A stretch of DNA of 64,000 nucleotides. Origin: Asterias rubens (taxonomy: Eukaryota). The translations under genes and the position numbers were made by a program. The DNA lies in the NCBI RefSeq assembly GCF_902459465.1, contig NC_047074.1:3348001-3412000 (forward strand). Direction: 5' to 3'. The notes below the pieces were generated by a model. It worked only from the letters and a program-made list of their open reading frames with translations. It did not search any database and was not told the origin of the DNA. Below are positions 33,461-46,480 of this stretch, piece after piece (the first letter of the stretch is position 1; every line of letters starts with the position of its first letter).

Positions 33461-34430
33461 GTATTTTCATTGAACAGTTCTTTAAGGAGTAGTATAAACC
33501 TTTCCAGGAGTTCCACTGTAAACCCTCTGTCCATTCGACCGGATTTTGAAGGTAGTAGTGGTCATTCAGCTGTGTATCAGCACAGTCTTTAAACCACCAT
33601 GCACCATCACGCCGTGCACATGGTGCAATATCATAACCATCATTGTCTTGATCTTTGGTAGTGAAGTCTTGGCCATCATGATATAGCATTGTGTCACCTG
33701 CTGGGCTGTCGGCATCATATGAGCCAATTTGGAGAGTGTATTTATCACCATGTACAGCAAACTCATCATAACGGGCCCAAGATGTGCTTCCCTCCCAATC
33801 ACCCAAATCAAACCTTATTTGCCATTGACCTGACTTAGTAAGGTCACGTAGGATGTCATTACCCAGCCAAAACTCAGTGGAGAGATCACCAAACCCAGAT
33901 TGGTATTCTGTCCACAAACGGTTAAAGTCAACTGAGCCATCTTGTCTGCTCTGGAACACGATCCAGCCTCCTCCATCTGTCTCCATATCACAGTAGACCC
34001 TCACTCCATCAGTCAGACCAGCAGGGTAGATGGTGTAAATGTCACTTTGACAGCAAACAGCCAGGTATAACTTCAGACAGCTACTAAATTGTACAGAGTC
34101 TGGTGCTGAAAATGAAGGGGTTTCCAAGTTGTCATCATAGTAGGCAACTCCTTGCAGCTCAATGAAGTCATCGGGGCTTTGAGATTGAGTAGCACTGCTC
34201 AGCTGACAAACATGGCTACATGTGTAGTAGTTGAATGATGCACAATGTGGATCCATAGAGCAGTCTCGCCCACAGATCAAAGGAGATGATGCAGTCTTCC
34301 TTTTGAACACATGATTTAGTAGGACTCTGTTGCTTGCTGGATACAGGTTTGTTTTGACTCGTTGTTGACAATCACTCTGACAGTGATGTATCAAACAAGC
34401 CAGAAACAAACTCGTTATAATAACTTTCAT
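33417..34430 (-). CDS. Intronless secreted protein: signal peptide + PAN/apple domain + fibrinogen C-terminal (FReD) domain, ~337 aa. An in-frame upstream ATG lies at 34463.
   Basis: Hydrophobic N-terminus MKVIITSLFLACLIHHCQS; PAN-like C-x3-C...C-x-S-F-N-Y...C-Q-L-S; FReD motifs VYCDMETDGGGWIVFQ, DGSVDF, GFGDLSTEFWLGN, FTTKDQDND, GAWWF, YSLKNCSMKIR. Confidence 0.92.
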   Translation of the reverse strand: MKVIITSLFLACLIHHCQSDCQQRVKTNLYPASNRVLLNHVFKRKTASSPLICGRDCSMDPHCASFNYYTCSHVCQLSSATQSQSPDDFIELQGVAYYDDNLETPSFSAPDSVQFSSCLKLYLAVCCQSDIYTIYPAGLTDGVRVYCDMETDGGGWIVFQSRQDGSVDFNRLWTEYQSGFGDLSTEFWLGNDILRDLTKSGQWQIRFDLGDWEGSTSWARYDEFAVHGDKYTLQIGSYDADSPAGDTMLYHDGQDFTTKDQDNDGYDIAPCARRDGAWWFKDCADTQLNDHYYLQNPVEWTEGLQWNSWKGLYYSLKNCSMKIREVLYTKHHTLKSC

Positions 34431-34759
34431 AATGAGAGATGGTATGATAGACTCTTGAGACATCTTCCACCCAATGATTGCTGTTATTTACCAAAGAAAA
34501 TGAATAAAGTTTATCAATGTTGGATGAAACTACAAAGCAAAAGTTGTCTCTTGTTGTGTGTAGGTTCACATACGTAAATTGGGGAAAAATCTAGTATCAT
34601 GTCCTGTACGACCAAAGCGAATCACACTGCTGTCGTTTCTAAGCATCAAACTTTGCAATACTATTACATTAATTGAGTCGCTGCTGTTGTGTCGTTACCA
34701 GGTGATAGAGCTTTCAGTATTTCAAATACCCATGGCCGTTTTAATACTCTTCTCATATT

Positions 34760-35135
34760 GTTACCCATAGCAACGTGTAAACAAACTTACTTTTTAATTC
34801 CAACTTAGAGTGAAGGCCAGGACTCATAACCAGGATGCCAATATTAATGAACAAACACAAGAACCGCCAATTACAACATAGAGTGAAGGCAAAAACTCAT
34901 TATTGTTACCCATAGCAAGGATGCCAATATCAACGAATAAACAAAATTGCCCTTGAATTACAACATGGAGTCAAGGCAAACACTCTTACCCATAACCAGG
35001 ATGCCAATATCAATGAACAAACACAAGTACCGCTAATTACAACATGTGAAGACAAAAACTCATATTGTTACCCATAGCAAGGATGCCAATATCAACGTAT
35101 AAACAAAATTACCCTTCAATTACAACATGGAGTGC
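34760..35135. repeat. ~80-bp tandem repeat organised as A-B-A-B dimers (period ~166 bp)
   Basis: AACCAGGATGCC units at 34828 and 34994 alternate with AGCAAGGATGCC units. Confidence 0.85.
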
Positions 35136-35304
35136 TGGCATAAAATAACATTGGCATTTAAATTGCAAGTGTGGTGCAGAGAAACATGATTGGGGCATAT
35201 CATTCAAAATTTGTGATTGAAATACAACCTAAAAACTTGTACGGGACACGTCCTTGGGATGGGCAGCTTGGTCCACGAAAAGCATTTTTGAGCATGAGGA
35301 GCGT

Positions 35305-35500
35305 GTGTCGTGCGCTGTTCATACTTCATGCGAATGCGAATGCGAAGCGAATTTTGATGCGAATTTGACGACAACTCTCCTTTCGCAGCGATATTCGCAA
35401 GTGAGTTGAACGGAGGGCAACTGCTGCGAATTTTTCGTTGCGAATTTTGTGACGTCAACATTCGTATCGCATTCGCATTCGCAGGAAGTATGAACCGGGC
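35305..35500. mobile_element. MITE with (GCGAAT)n subterminal repeats (other copies ~44190-44330, ~58760-58895)
   Basis: TIR-like GTTCATACTTC.TGCGAATGCGAATGCGA / TCGCATTCGCATTCGCAGGAAGTATGAAC. Confidence 0.8.
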
Positions 35501-38500
35501 TTTACGCACAGTGGGCATGTCTACTATTGATAACCGAGGACTTTAACAAAAGGGTAGATTTCGGTAGATTTTGCGCACAAAACTAATGGGGACGTCTGAA
35601 AAATAAACTATGTCCAAACAATGGGAGAACAAAGAGAAGTCATCGGTCTGCACCATAAACATGGGTGTGTTTATGGCCTCTTTTTCGGAGTGACTAATGC
35701 GACTGCTTTGAGCGAGACTAATTATTGGCGGTTTAATTGTGTTAATAGCTTAATGTTCTTGTTTGTTTTTTTTTTTTGGGGGGGGGTTTCAGGTAACGGA
35801 ACAGATCATAGAAACACGCTTTCTTTCCATGAATTTATGCTTTTAATCCCTTAAGATACGATTACATTCCCTCAAGATACTCTTTTATTCCAAAACGCTT
35901 TGCTGGCAATTTCTAACGCAGTGCGCCCTCCTGCAGTTTGCTTCCGAGAAAAAGCGGTTTACTGAGGACAATCCCAATCACAAAATAAGAACACGTGAGA
36001 CTTGGGACCATAATGGCTGACACAAACAAAAGTAATTTTTGCAGTCTTACACCAAAATACGGTTTATGTCGCCATATCTAGTGTCGCGATGGCCCTTCAC
36101 TGGTCCCGTGTCCTGGTCACCAAGGATGAGGACATGTTTTGTTTTTATTACATGACCAGCGAAATCAGCGGAGACAACCGTTGATCTTATAACACTCAAC
36201 TCGACGCTTGTTCGGTATTATGGTTGGCTGAAACACGGTCATGTGGAGTGAACTTATACAGTCTAACACACCTCTAAATTGGTCCGAGGTGATGTTGGTC
36301 AGCTGCAAAAACATAACCTCGGACCAATCAAAACACATTTATACGGAAGCTTTGTCACTGTATCTATCAAATGATATCATTGTGTCCAATGAAATCACTG
36401 GTTCTGAATAGCAAGTACATGTGTTATCTTTGCATCCATAATAGATGGTCCCTCCTTTGCAAGCTGTAGAGGGCGCACTGATATGGCACTATAGTTTAAA
36501 AGATCATCATCACAGCAAAGTGCCACGCACTACAACAAACCAGTACAAAAACGCTCCCAATATACCATTGCTTGATGTTAAGCTGACCATGGAATCATGA
36601 CGGATAATGACAGGAAACAATCAGGTGCACTAGACTCACGTAATCTGTCTGGCTTCAACCAGTTTGGTTGGTTACCAGCTGGGTGTGATTGTCTCAAAAA
36701 ACCTTTCAAAATCAACGATCAAAATGGGGGATACCGTCGTTCAGAACGTGTATAGGAGTACCGAAGTCTTTTTTATATGAATTGTATTTGCTAACTATAT
36801 TATTTTATCTATGGGAGGTTGATGTACTGTTATACTGAGCGATATACGCCAATCGCGAAGCTAGATTGTTTATCATCAAGTAATTTTGTATGACATTTTC
36901 AGACAGAAATATTTCAAGGGATGTTTTCAACTTATCATCATCATCAATAGACCGTGTAAGTTTTATGTTAATCTGTGATCTTCACGATTTTTGTTTCTTA
37001 CCAATTCTGTAACGTTCCTTTAAGAAACAAAATGCTTCCTTTGCCTTTTAATGTGGAATTTAATGGAAAATTATTATAATTAAAATTGTAGATTTAGTTT
37101 GCACTTGCAATAGTCCGTCAGTCAGAGAATGAAAAAGAATAATAAGAAGTAAGAAATAAGAAGTGTTCACAAAGTTTTTTATCTTACTCCTCTTGCATTA
37201 CTGTTTCATCGATTTTCCCTTCGGTTTGAACGCTCATAAAGAAGGAAAAAGTTGAGTCAAAATACAAAACCTCAGATCCTGCGAAATTATAAGCAATAAT
37301 TATGGAAAGGGCCTCTCATGTTGTTGTTTATAATCCCGAACTCTCACTGTTTGTTTCATTTCGACTGCACGCAATCGAAACAGTTATAATGTAGTTCTAT
37401 TGGGGACTAGTCAAAATATAAGATATTTAGCATGCAGCACTAAACCGTATCAATGACATTAGGTAAAGCAAAAGTTACCAATTTAAAAATTGAAATAAGT
37501 GAGTAGTCTTTACAATTCTTGTGCTTACTGTGCAATTTCTATTTCATAGCGCTGCAAAAGGCATGCTAACCTTCCGGTGCTTATTAATGTTTACCGCACG
37601 AAAACAAATGACGTCATTGCAATGCAAATCCACGGTAAACACAATTTATGGCCGTCCAATTTGTTTGCTAACCTGTGAAATACGCTAAGGCTTAAGCAGA
37701 TTTTTCTGCTACAGTAAGCACGCAAATTTGCTTATCGTTAAGCAGCGCTGAAACACGGTCACGCGGGATAGTTAATAGTGAACGCGCGCGCGTGTTTTGC
37801 GGGACTCCCGGGCGGGCACTACTCTTTGAAAATAGTGCCTGTTACAGCGCCCTCTCTTGACTTGAACCGTGAACAGCAACTAGAAAAACTTCCTTTCTTT
37901 TCCAGATTTATGCTCTTATTTGCACATTAATTTAAGACCGAGGTGTGTTATAAAACACATTTGACTGGCATAATTCGTCCCTCTTCTGGTCACTCATGAG
38001 TCCCTCGGGGGAGTATTATGGACTTGAATCAAGTCTCTATGCGCAACCTATGACCCTTTTCGACACCACGGCATTGGCTTCGGATTATGCTTTGGCTATC
38101 TAGCTTGGCCCCACTGACAACTGTCATGCAAGCGCTTCAGGGCGAGAGGGTAGAGCCTGAAGCCGAAGCCGAAGACCTGGCTGGGCTCAATTTCACGGCT
38201 CTGCTTACCGTAAGCACAGAATCGGCGCTACGGAAGCAGTGAATTCTATGCTTACGGCAAGCGTATTTCACGGGTCCGCTAACAAGGAGCGCAGAAATTC
38301 GCCGCTTGCACGTAAGCGGGGAATCGTGATCGTCTGCGGTAAGCAGAGCCATGAAATTGGGCCCTGCTGGTAGCCAAAGTTGTGGTTTCCAAAAGGGCCT
38401 ATGTTTATAGACCGCCCTCAATGTTCAATCGAATTGTAACTTGATATAGACTGGTACCTAGTTCTTCAGCCTGTTCACCTCGTTCATTTAACACTGTAAT

Positions 38501-38588
38501 AAACAGCACGCGACCACCGTGTTACAGGTTAGCTTTTATCGAAGTTTTGTTGCGAGAAGAAGGGGGAACAACAGTGTCAAATTTGAAG

Positions 38589-40975
38589 ATGAAACCTACT
38601 GTTGCTGTCGATGAAATGTTTCCGGAAGGGTCAGGACCTTATGTGGATCTTGATGAGGTAAATATTCCTGTTATAAGGTATTTCCTGTTATAAGTTATAT
38701 CAGTGAGTACAATACATTTATGATTTATGCTAACTCATATTTAATTTCAGTGCAGTTCAGTTTTTTCGGTAGTTGCGATAACGTAACCCTCCTCCCGACG
38801 GCCGCCAGGCCGGAGGGTTACGAGATTGTTTCGAGCGGAAACGGTTGATCTGGTCCAACACGTAAAATTTTGACAGCTAGTCACCAGATTTGCCCAATTT
38901 TTACCACTTTCAAAAATCATGACACAAATTCTGAGGATACGAACTTAATCCGCAATGTCTAACTCTAATGCAGCCTGCCATAATTATAATACTCAAAACA
39001 CCATTGAGGAAATATTTCGAAGAAAAATGGACAAAAACTTACCAGAACCGGAGCGAAATTCACAGGTTCACAGGTGCAAATTTCTTATGAAGGCCCAAAC
39101 ATTATGACACATTTTTGTACCTTGTAGAAATGCCTAAAGTACCAAAACTTTTTTTATTTACAAAAGTGCAACTACCACTCCAGTGGAGCCTTACATGTTT
39201 CTAAGTTTTGGTCAATGGAGAGGAGACTCTTTGTTTGGTCAAAGCACAAACATTTTATTTAGGGACTGTTGCGCACAGAGAGATAAAAGATTTGCCTTGA
39301 TTTTAGGGACACCTTGAAAAAAGGACATCCTAATAGTAAATAGTAGCAAACATACAGTTTAGCCTTTAAAGGATTTGGGTACTTTTTCAAAATGTCTATA
39401 GATTTACATTAAACTTACAGGGTTTGCAGATAATGATAGTGGAAAGCTTCCCTTCAAATATTACTTTTTGAGAAATGAGTAAAACAATGTCATAAAAATA
39501 CATTTGTAAATGCTTAAAATAATTTTGGTCTCAGTCGTGAGACCAAAATTATTTTTAAGACATTGTTTTACTCATTTCCCAAAAACTACAGCACCTCAGC
39601 ACGTAAAATTTTCAGGTAACCTTTCTACTATCATTATCTTCAAACTGTGTAAGTTTAGTGTAAATCTGTGGACATTGTGTTTTTTGTCCTACAAAAAGTG
39701 CATACACCCTTTAAATTAAAGGTTAGATAGCAGGGAATACGTGTACCTTGGGGGGGTCTTGTTGATTTAGATTTGGTTTTGAGTTGAAATGATTTGATTT
39801 GGTTTTGATTTATTTTGCAAACACTTTTTGGCTAGGTTCTCTTCTTATGTTGATAATTAGATTTGATTTTAAGTTGCGTTTATTTGTTTTTTTTTATATA
39901 TTTTTTTATAAACTGTTTGTTTCCAGGCGGGCGGAACTGCAGGATTGCTCATGGACCTAGCTGCAAATGAAAAGGCTGTTCACAGTGACTTCTTTAATGG
40001 TAAGTTAGCAGGCTAACTTACACTCCTTTCAGACAGGCGCTTCAGTGTCGACTAAACCAAATTTTGATCCAAGTACATGAAGGTTTGACGTCTGAAACAG
40101 TTGTTAGGAGTGACTTGAAGCTATTGAAGTCAGAGCATCGACTGTTGCAGTCGTCTGGAACAACTCGGGATTGTCTTGGTTTCAGACGTCGATCTTGTCA
40201 TGAGCCGAGCCATTGTTAAAGTTCGCCTGTCTGAAACAACAATTTACTTGGGTCGGCCTAGAGTTGGATTTTTTCAGAGAAACTGGTCAGTTCGGATCAA
40301 CTGGGGAATCTTGCAGTCCGGTCTGGGACTGTGTATGTTTTAAAACAGCCCTTTGTTGTTGCAAGATCGTCTCAATTAGGGAGGACGTCGTGATACTTCA
40401 TCAAAACTGCGATTTACCGATAATTTGATAAACAAAAAATCAAGATGATATCGTCATCGTTTAAGAAGTGGTATCGCGATTTTCGATATTATCGTGATAT
40501 CGCCCTTGAAGCTAAGTCAGGACACCTGTGTCCCTTTAAAGCAAGACACTTAACCGTGATGTTTTGTCATTCGGATGGGATGTAAAGCTGTTGGTCCCGT
40601 GTGCTGTGTAATGCACGTAAAAAAAAAACAGTGCACTTATCCAAAAAAAGGGGGTTCCTGGTCTGATTGACAGCATACACTGTATTGCGCCACAGCACCT
40701 TGTAAACCATTACATGATGCTACATGTATAAAGGAAATATCTCGAAAACATAGCTCCACATACCTTGCAGATAAAATACTGAGTGCTTTGATACTTGATA
40801 TGCCCCTAGGGGTGTGATAAAGCGCAGTATAAGAAACTAGTATTATTATCTTAGTTTTCTTTCTCTTTACTAGAAAATGTATACTATCTGCCCCAGACAC
40901 ACTTTTGTCATATTTTGTATTATGGTTTAACTCACAGATTTCGAAGATCTTTTCGATGACGATGACTTGTCCTAA
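38589..40975 (+). CDS. COPS9: COP9 signalosome subunit 9 (MYEOV2), 3 exons (38589-38657, 39927-39999, 40938-40975), 59 aa
   Basis: Spliced product [59 protein letters not shown] is nearly identical to human COPS9 as recalled. It is too short per exon to appear in the ORF track. Confidence 0.96.
39366..39714 (+). mobile_element. T2-type MITE family B (other copies 42606-42954 and fragment ~50845-51027)
   Basis: TTAAAGG...CCCTTTAA ends, long internal inverted repeats, three related copies. Confidence 0.8.
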
Positions 40976-43900
40976 CACAGTCAGCAGATGGTCAGCCCAC
41001 TCAGCAAGAAGACTGCTCATCACTCCCCTAGTTGTCTGAATGGAACGACCGCAAGACTGCAGTAAACTTAGTCACTGAAAGTGTAATGGTCCATAAGGAG
41101 GGGTGGACTTACTTCTTGAATCATTAACAGCAAGGCTGGATCTTGTTGGTACCGGGTAGTACTTTTGTAAAAACAGTTTGTTTAACATGATTGTCTGTAA
41201 ATATTTCAACCATGTCAGTTGTGACCATTTCAATGCTTAAGTTTCATGGATTGTTAAAAGTTAACCCTTCTGTTGAAGGACCAGGGCCAAATTTCATTGA
41301 GCTGATGTTGTGCTTACTGTCACTGTGCAAGTTTCTATCTCGTAGCACCTATAACCGAAAGCACTTGAAAAGGTATAATTCTAACCTTGCGGTGCTAACT
41401 GTATACAAATGAATGATGTAACGCTGCAAATCCACGGTTGACACACAAGCTGGCTGCCAAATGTTCTTGCTCAACAGTGAAATACGCTGACGCTTAAGCA
41501 GATTTGTCTGAGTTAGCTCAAAAATTTGCTTACTGCTGTGCTAGGCTGCACTATGAAAGTGGTCCTAGATCATGTCAATTATTATTTTTCTGTTGGCGCT
41601 TCAGGTACTTGTGAAAATTGCTTTTGGTTGTTTAGAATTTGGTAAGATGTTGTGTGTAAAGAAATGGTACATCAATCCATTTTAGTATGTACGTGTAATT
41701 ACCACTTATAACATCAGGAATTGTAAACAAAACACAGTTGACCCCCATACAAGGGGCATGGAGACTTCTCTGTGAATGTGAGATGAGCTATACAATAATT
41801 GATCATTACAACTATTTCTTTTATTATATCAAAAGTTCCTGAAAGCGGTGGAAATCTCGATTAAGTATGAAGATTTTTATTTAACCTCGTATTGACCAAT
41901 CATGCCTGTTTACAAATCTATCCTGCAGGCAGGTGAATCTGATGGAACAGGTTATTTCAATTTCAATTTTGAAAGGGCAATGCCATTTTTATTTTGTAAA
42001 GGGCAATTCCATTTAAAAATCTACGGGAACTTTTGAAGCGACACAAAGGCCAAGAAGAAGGGAAAAAGAGGACATGGCCCCCACACGTACTTCGAGGTCT
42101 GTAAAATGATCTATACAAAAATCTGGCCCTTTTGAGGCAAAGTAAATCTTTGATTTTGGGAATTGTCATTTGTTTTAATCCTATAAATGTAGATGTAAAC
42201 AGTAAAAGCTGAACATTTAATTTGAAAAGGTGGTCATGTTTTTCACAAGTAATGAAAATGTCCAAGCAGGAAGAACAATTTCCAATAGGAATACACTATC
42301 TGAGAAGCGTTATCTCAGATTCAAGTATTGGGGCATAAAAATAGTTATCTTTTTCCATGTAACCACATAACTTTGAAGGGAAATTTTTATCAATTTGATT
42401 TATACTATCAAATGCTGCTGTAGGCTCCTAACCAAATGTTGTTGCCATGAAATTTAAGAGTGGTGACCAAATGTATACCTTCCCTTTAAGCTATTGACTT
42501 TCACAGTGATCTAATGACACCCGCCTATCCTTTCCGCCATTTTGGCGAGTCAAAACTGTATTGCAAAGGAATTGACTTACGGTGGAGGGTAATATAAACC
42601 TTGTTCAAGGATTTGGGTAATTTTTCAAAATGTCCATAGATTTAAATTAAACTTACAGGGTTTGAAGATAATGATAGTACAAAGCTTCCCTTCAAATATT
42701 ACTTACTGAGGTGCTTTAGTTTTTGAGAAATGAGTAAAAGAATGTCATGAAAATATGTTTGTAAATGATTAAAATAATTTTCGTCTCATGAGACCAAAAT
42801 TATTTTCATGACATTTCCCAAAAACTATAGCACCTCAGCACATAATATTTTCAGGGAAGCTTTCTGCTATCATTATCTTCAAACTGTGTAAGTTTAGTGT
42901 AAATCAGTGGACATTGTGTTTTTTTGTCCTACAAAAGTTACATAGACCCTTTAATGAGATCGATAAAGAGAAAGAGATAACAAAAATCACTGTTTACAAA
43001 TCGTTTGATTTATTGGAAGTATTTACACCAGTATGCCATTCTTCTCCTTTTTTGTAGGCGTGGTTTCTAACAAATTATCTACATTTGACTTGTTTAATAT
43101 TATGTACGCCAAACATATTGACATAAAGACAATGCACATTTTATTTTTAAAGCACCATGGCAATTTCTACAGAAGCCCTTTATTATTAATTGCAATTAAA
43201 ACAAAGATGGGGGAAGTTAGTCACTTTCAATATTTTGCACATAAATTTGGTAAATTTACCAGTTCTTTACATTATACACAATAAAATACTTATACCCCCC
43301 CAAAAAAAAATTTATATAAATAAAAAATGGAATCACAAAGTTTTTTTTTAAACTGGTTTTGTAACGATTCTTAAAGGCAAACTGCAAGAGAAATATTTCT
43401 AAGATTGAACCTTTTTTTAAATCTCTCTAAAGCTTCATTCCTGAGAGAGGAATCATTTCTCAAAATGCTGTATATTATCAACAGCTGCAGTGCTTTATAC
43501 CAAGTAAGATTTGATGGTCATTTATTTTGGAGTGATAACTAAAGGTTTACCCTGCCTAAAAGAATTGTATCCCCCTATACCCCTATTACCTTCATGTGAA
43601 AATTTCAGCGCTGATAAAGAACACATTTTTCGTAGCACTGAATAAAGCAGATCCAAACATTGATTGAGGCATTATAAGCAAACTCAAGACAACCAAGACT
43701 CCCTTCCCCCAGCACCACAGAATCGTGATATTAGTTCAATACAAACTGATAAGAATACCACTCCAATAAAACATGTTGATACAAATAATAACAGCTGCAT
43801 ACAAATACATGTACATGTAGCACAATTCCACAGAAACGACTACTGCTTTTTAACCATTAGTACCCCAGGTGCCAGGACAAATTTCGTAAAGTCTGTGTAA

Positions 43901-45332
43901 GCATAACAACTTGCTAAGCAATTTGCTGAGCAATATTTTCTGCTTATGAAATTGGGCCCTGGTCGCTGGGCCATTTATGTCATTCCTTTGACCATCTTAG
44001 CTCCCTTAGGAGTATACAGCCTGTACTGCCAAATATAAAGCACATTAAGCTAAATCGCTCACACAAACTCTTTTACACCTGGTTGAAGGGAAGCAATTAT
44101 GGTTAGGTTTGCTCAAGGGCATCCGGAACCAAGTGTAATAACCTGGATTCAAATCTACCTTCTGTATTGTACACCATGATGACTTCATCCCAGTTTATAC
44201 TTCCTGCGAATGTGAATGCAGATCTTAACCTTCAAATTCGGAAGAGCTCTTGCAAAACATTCACAGGGAAAACAGAGTTGTGACGTCAAATTTGCTTTTT
44301 ACAAAGCTTTTGCAGGGAGTATGAACCAGGGGCCAATTTCATAAAGCTGCTTAAGCAAATAATTTGCTTAAGCATGAAAATAGCTCGCTTATTTTTCATA
44401 TGTTACTGGCAAAAATGTCATGCCATATACATTGCTTGTGACTGGTAATCAGCTGTTGTTTACCTTAGCATAACAATTGAGTGGAGTCTTGGCTGGTAAT
44501 CTGATTTTACTAGGGAAGGATTTTTTTGCTTAAGTGAAACTTTGTGCTTAAACAGCTCTATGAAATTGGATCCAAGGTTTATCGCGATTCAGAAATGCAA
44601 TGCATTGTGGGAACGGAATATGGCGCAATTTCTACGCAGTTTCTACGACTCGCACACGCAACGCCTATACCTTTGTGTGGGTTCAACAGTGCCCTCTCTT
44701 GATATTTTGCTATTCGCGATAAACCTCGTGAACTTGAGGCAGATAAACTAAACACCATCAAGCCATGACATTATGTTACATTAAGTTCACATGATTACTT
44801 AGTAAGGACAAATGACGTAAAAGCCTTTGTAAAGTTGTTCACTTATATATAAAAGTTGAAAACGGTCAAGTTAGATGTGAAAGTTAGAAGAAATAGTATC
44901 CAAATGGTTGAGAAAAGTTAAGAGAAAGATCTCAAAAAGATATACATGAAGTACAAATTCTTGAGGTATATATTTTTTGTTTAGTATTAAAATGATACTA
45001 ATATGTGGTGATTGTGTTTTTCTATCAACGAATCAACAACATAACTTTTTACATTGACCATGTTGACATGCAGAGTTTCATGAAAAAAGAAGCTCCTAGT
45101 CTTTATCGTAATTCATGATTCTATGAGTTGTGAGAAGGAAGGAGATTAAAGACTACATCGGCTAAAAAACTGCTGCAGCAAAGTTTGACAACAGTTCCAG
45201 TCTAAAAGTGCGTTATTTGGAGCAATTATTTCTCCCAATCATAAAGCACACCAGTAATTCAATGTACAGCTTTGCCAACTAAAACCCCTAATTATATTCT
45301 TTATCCCTGATGCAAACAACCTTAACATTAAG

Positions 45333-45718
45333 TTAAAGGAACACGTTGGATCGGACGAGTTGGTCTTTGAAAAACGTTTGTAAACATTTGTTATAAAATG
45401 CATATGAAGAGAAAGATATTTTAAAAGTAGAATATAATGATCCACACAATTATCACTCAAAATTGCAAGGTTTTCCTTTTACCTCGTCGACTAAACACTC
45501 GGTCGACCATTTATGGGAGTAAGATTTTTGACTCCCATAAATGGCCGACCGTGTAAGTTTGCAAAGTAAAAGGAAAACCGCGCAATTTCTAAGCAAATTT
45601 GTGTGGATCATTGTATTCTACTTATAAAACATCTTTCTAACCATATGCATTTTATAACAAACGGTTACTAACGCTTTCACAGACCAACTCGACCGATCCA
45701 AGGCAACGTGTTCCTTTA
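45333..45718. mobile_element. T2-type MITE family C, almost fully palindromic with a central hairpin
   Basis: TTAAAGGAACACGTT...AACGTGTTCCTTTAA; centre CGGTCGACCATTTATGGGAGT...ACTCCCATAAATGGCCGACCG. Confidence 0.85.
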
Positions 45719-45971
45719 AATTATTGCAGTGCCCACTGCTTAGGATTCCAACTGCCACCGGACTAGCTCAGTGGCCTAGTGGTAAGACATCTGCTTAAAC
45801 AATGCAAAGGTCGTGGGTCCAATCCCACCCGAGTGATTTGCCTGTGGATTGTTTTTCAAATACCTCGGGAAAGTACTGTGTATACAGTGCTTAATACACA
45901 CTGGTGTGAGGGTAAAAAGAAATAATTATAACCCATGCGCATGTACTCTTGATTCGGTCACGACACGCCAC

Positions 45972-46351
45972 TTAAAGGGAAGGTACACTCTTGGTAATTG
46001 TCAAAGACCAGTCTTCTCACTTGGTGTATCTCAACATATGCATAAAATAACAAACCTGTGAAAATTTGAGCTCAATTGGTCATCGGAGTTGGGAGAAAAT
46101 GATGAAAGAAAAAACACCCTTGTTGGGCGAGTCTGTGTGCTTTCAGATAAGAATAAAAGACTTCTAGCTAGAACGAAGTCTTTTATTATTTCAGTGAGAA
46201 ATTACCTCTATTTCAAAATCTATGCTACTCTAGAGGGAGCCGTTTCTCACACTGTTTGATGCTATCAACAGCTCTCCAATGTTCGTTACCAAGTCAGTTT
46301 TTAAGTTAATATTTGTTTTGAGTAATTACCAAACATGTACCTTCCCTTTAA
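45972..46351 (-). mobile_element. T2-type MITE family A variant, full length
   Basis: TTAAAGGGAAGGTACA...TGTACCTTCCCTTTAA. Confidence 0.85.
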
Positions 46352-46480
46352 TCTTGATTCACAGGGTAGTAAAATTAATTCTTTTTTATGCGGCTGGAAA
46401 CATTATCTCTCGAGCATAAAGGCTAGGGAAGATTTATGTAGGGAAATTTAAAAAAAAAAATTCTGACAAATCAGGAGAGT

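Noticed and set aside
36035-36060. ATGGCTGACACAAACAAAA|GTAATT as a possible first coding exon
   Set aside because: Too short, and no compatible downstream exon was found.
35920-37860. Three GAGGGCGC CTCF-like sites (~35925, ~36468, ~37848) between the FReD gene and COPS9
   Set aside because: Only the 3' half of the motif matches and at least one lies in a MITE; this needs PWM scoring or ChIP data.
45760-45840. Possible tRNA genes (also 57255-57325, 11265-11335, 52860-52920)
   Set aside because: A/B boxes are present but the acceptor and anticodon stems do not pair properly, so these are SINE heads or pseudogenes. tRNAscan-SE would settle it.
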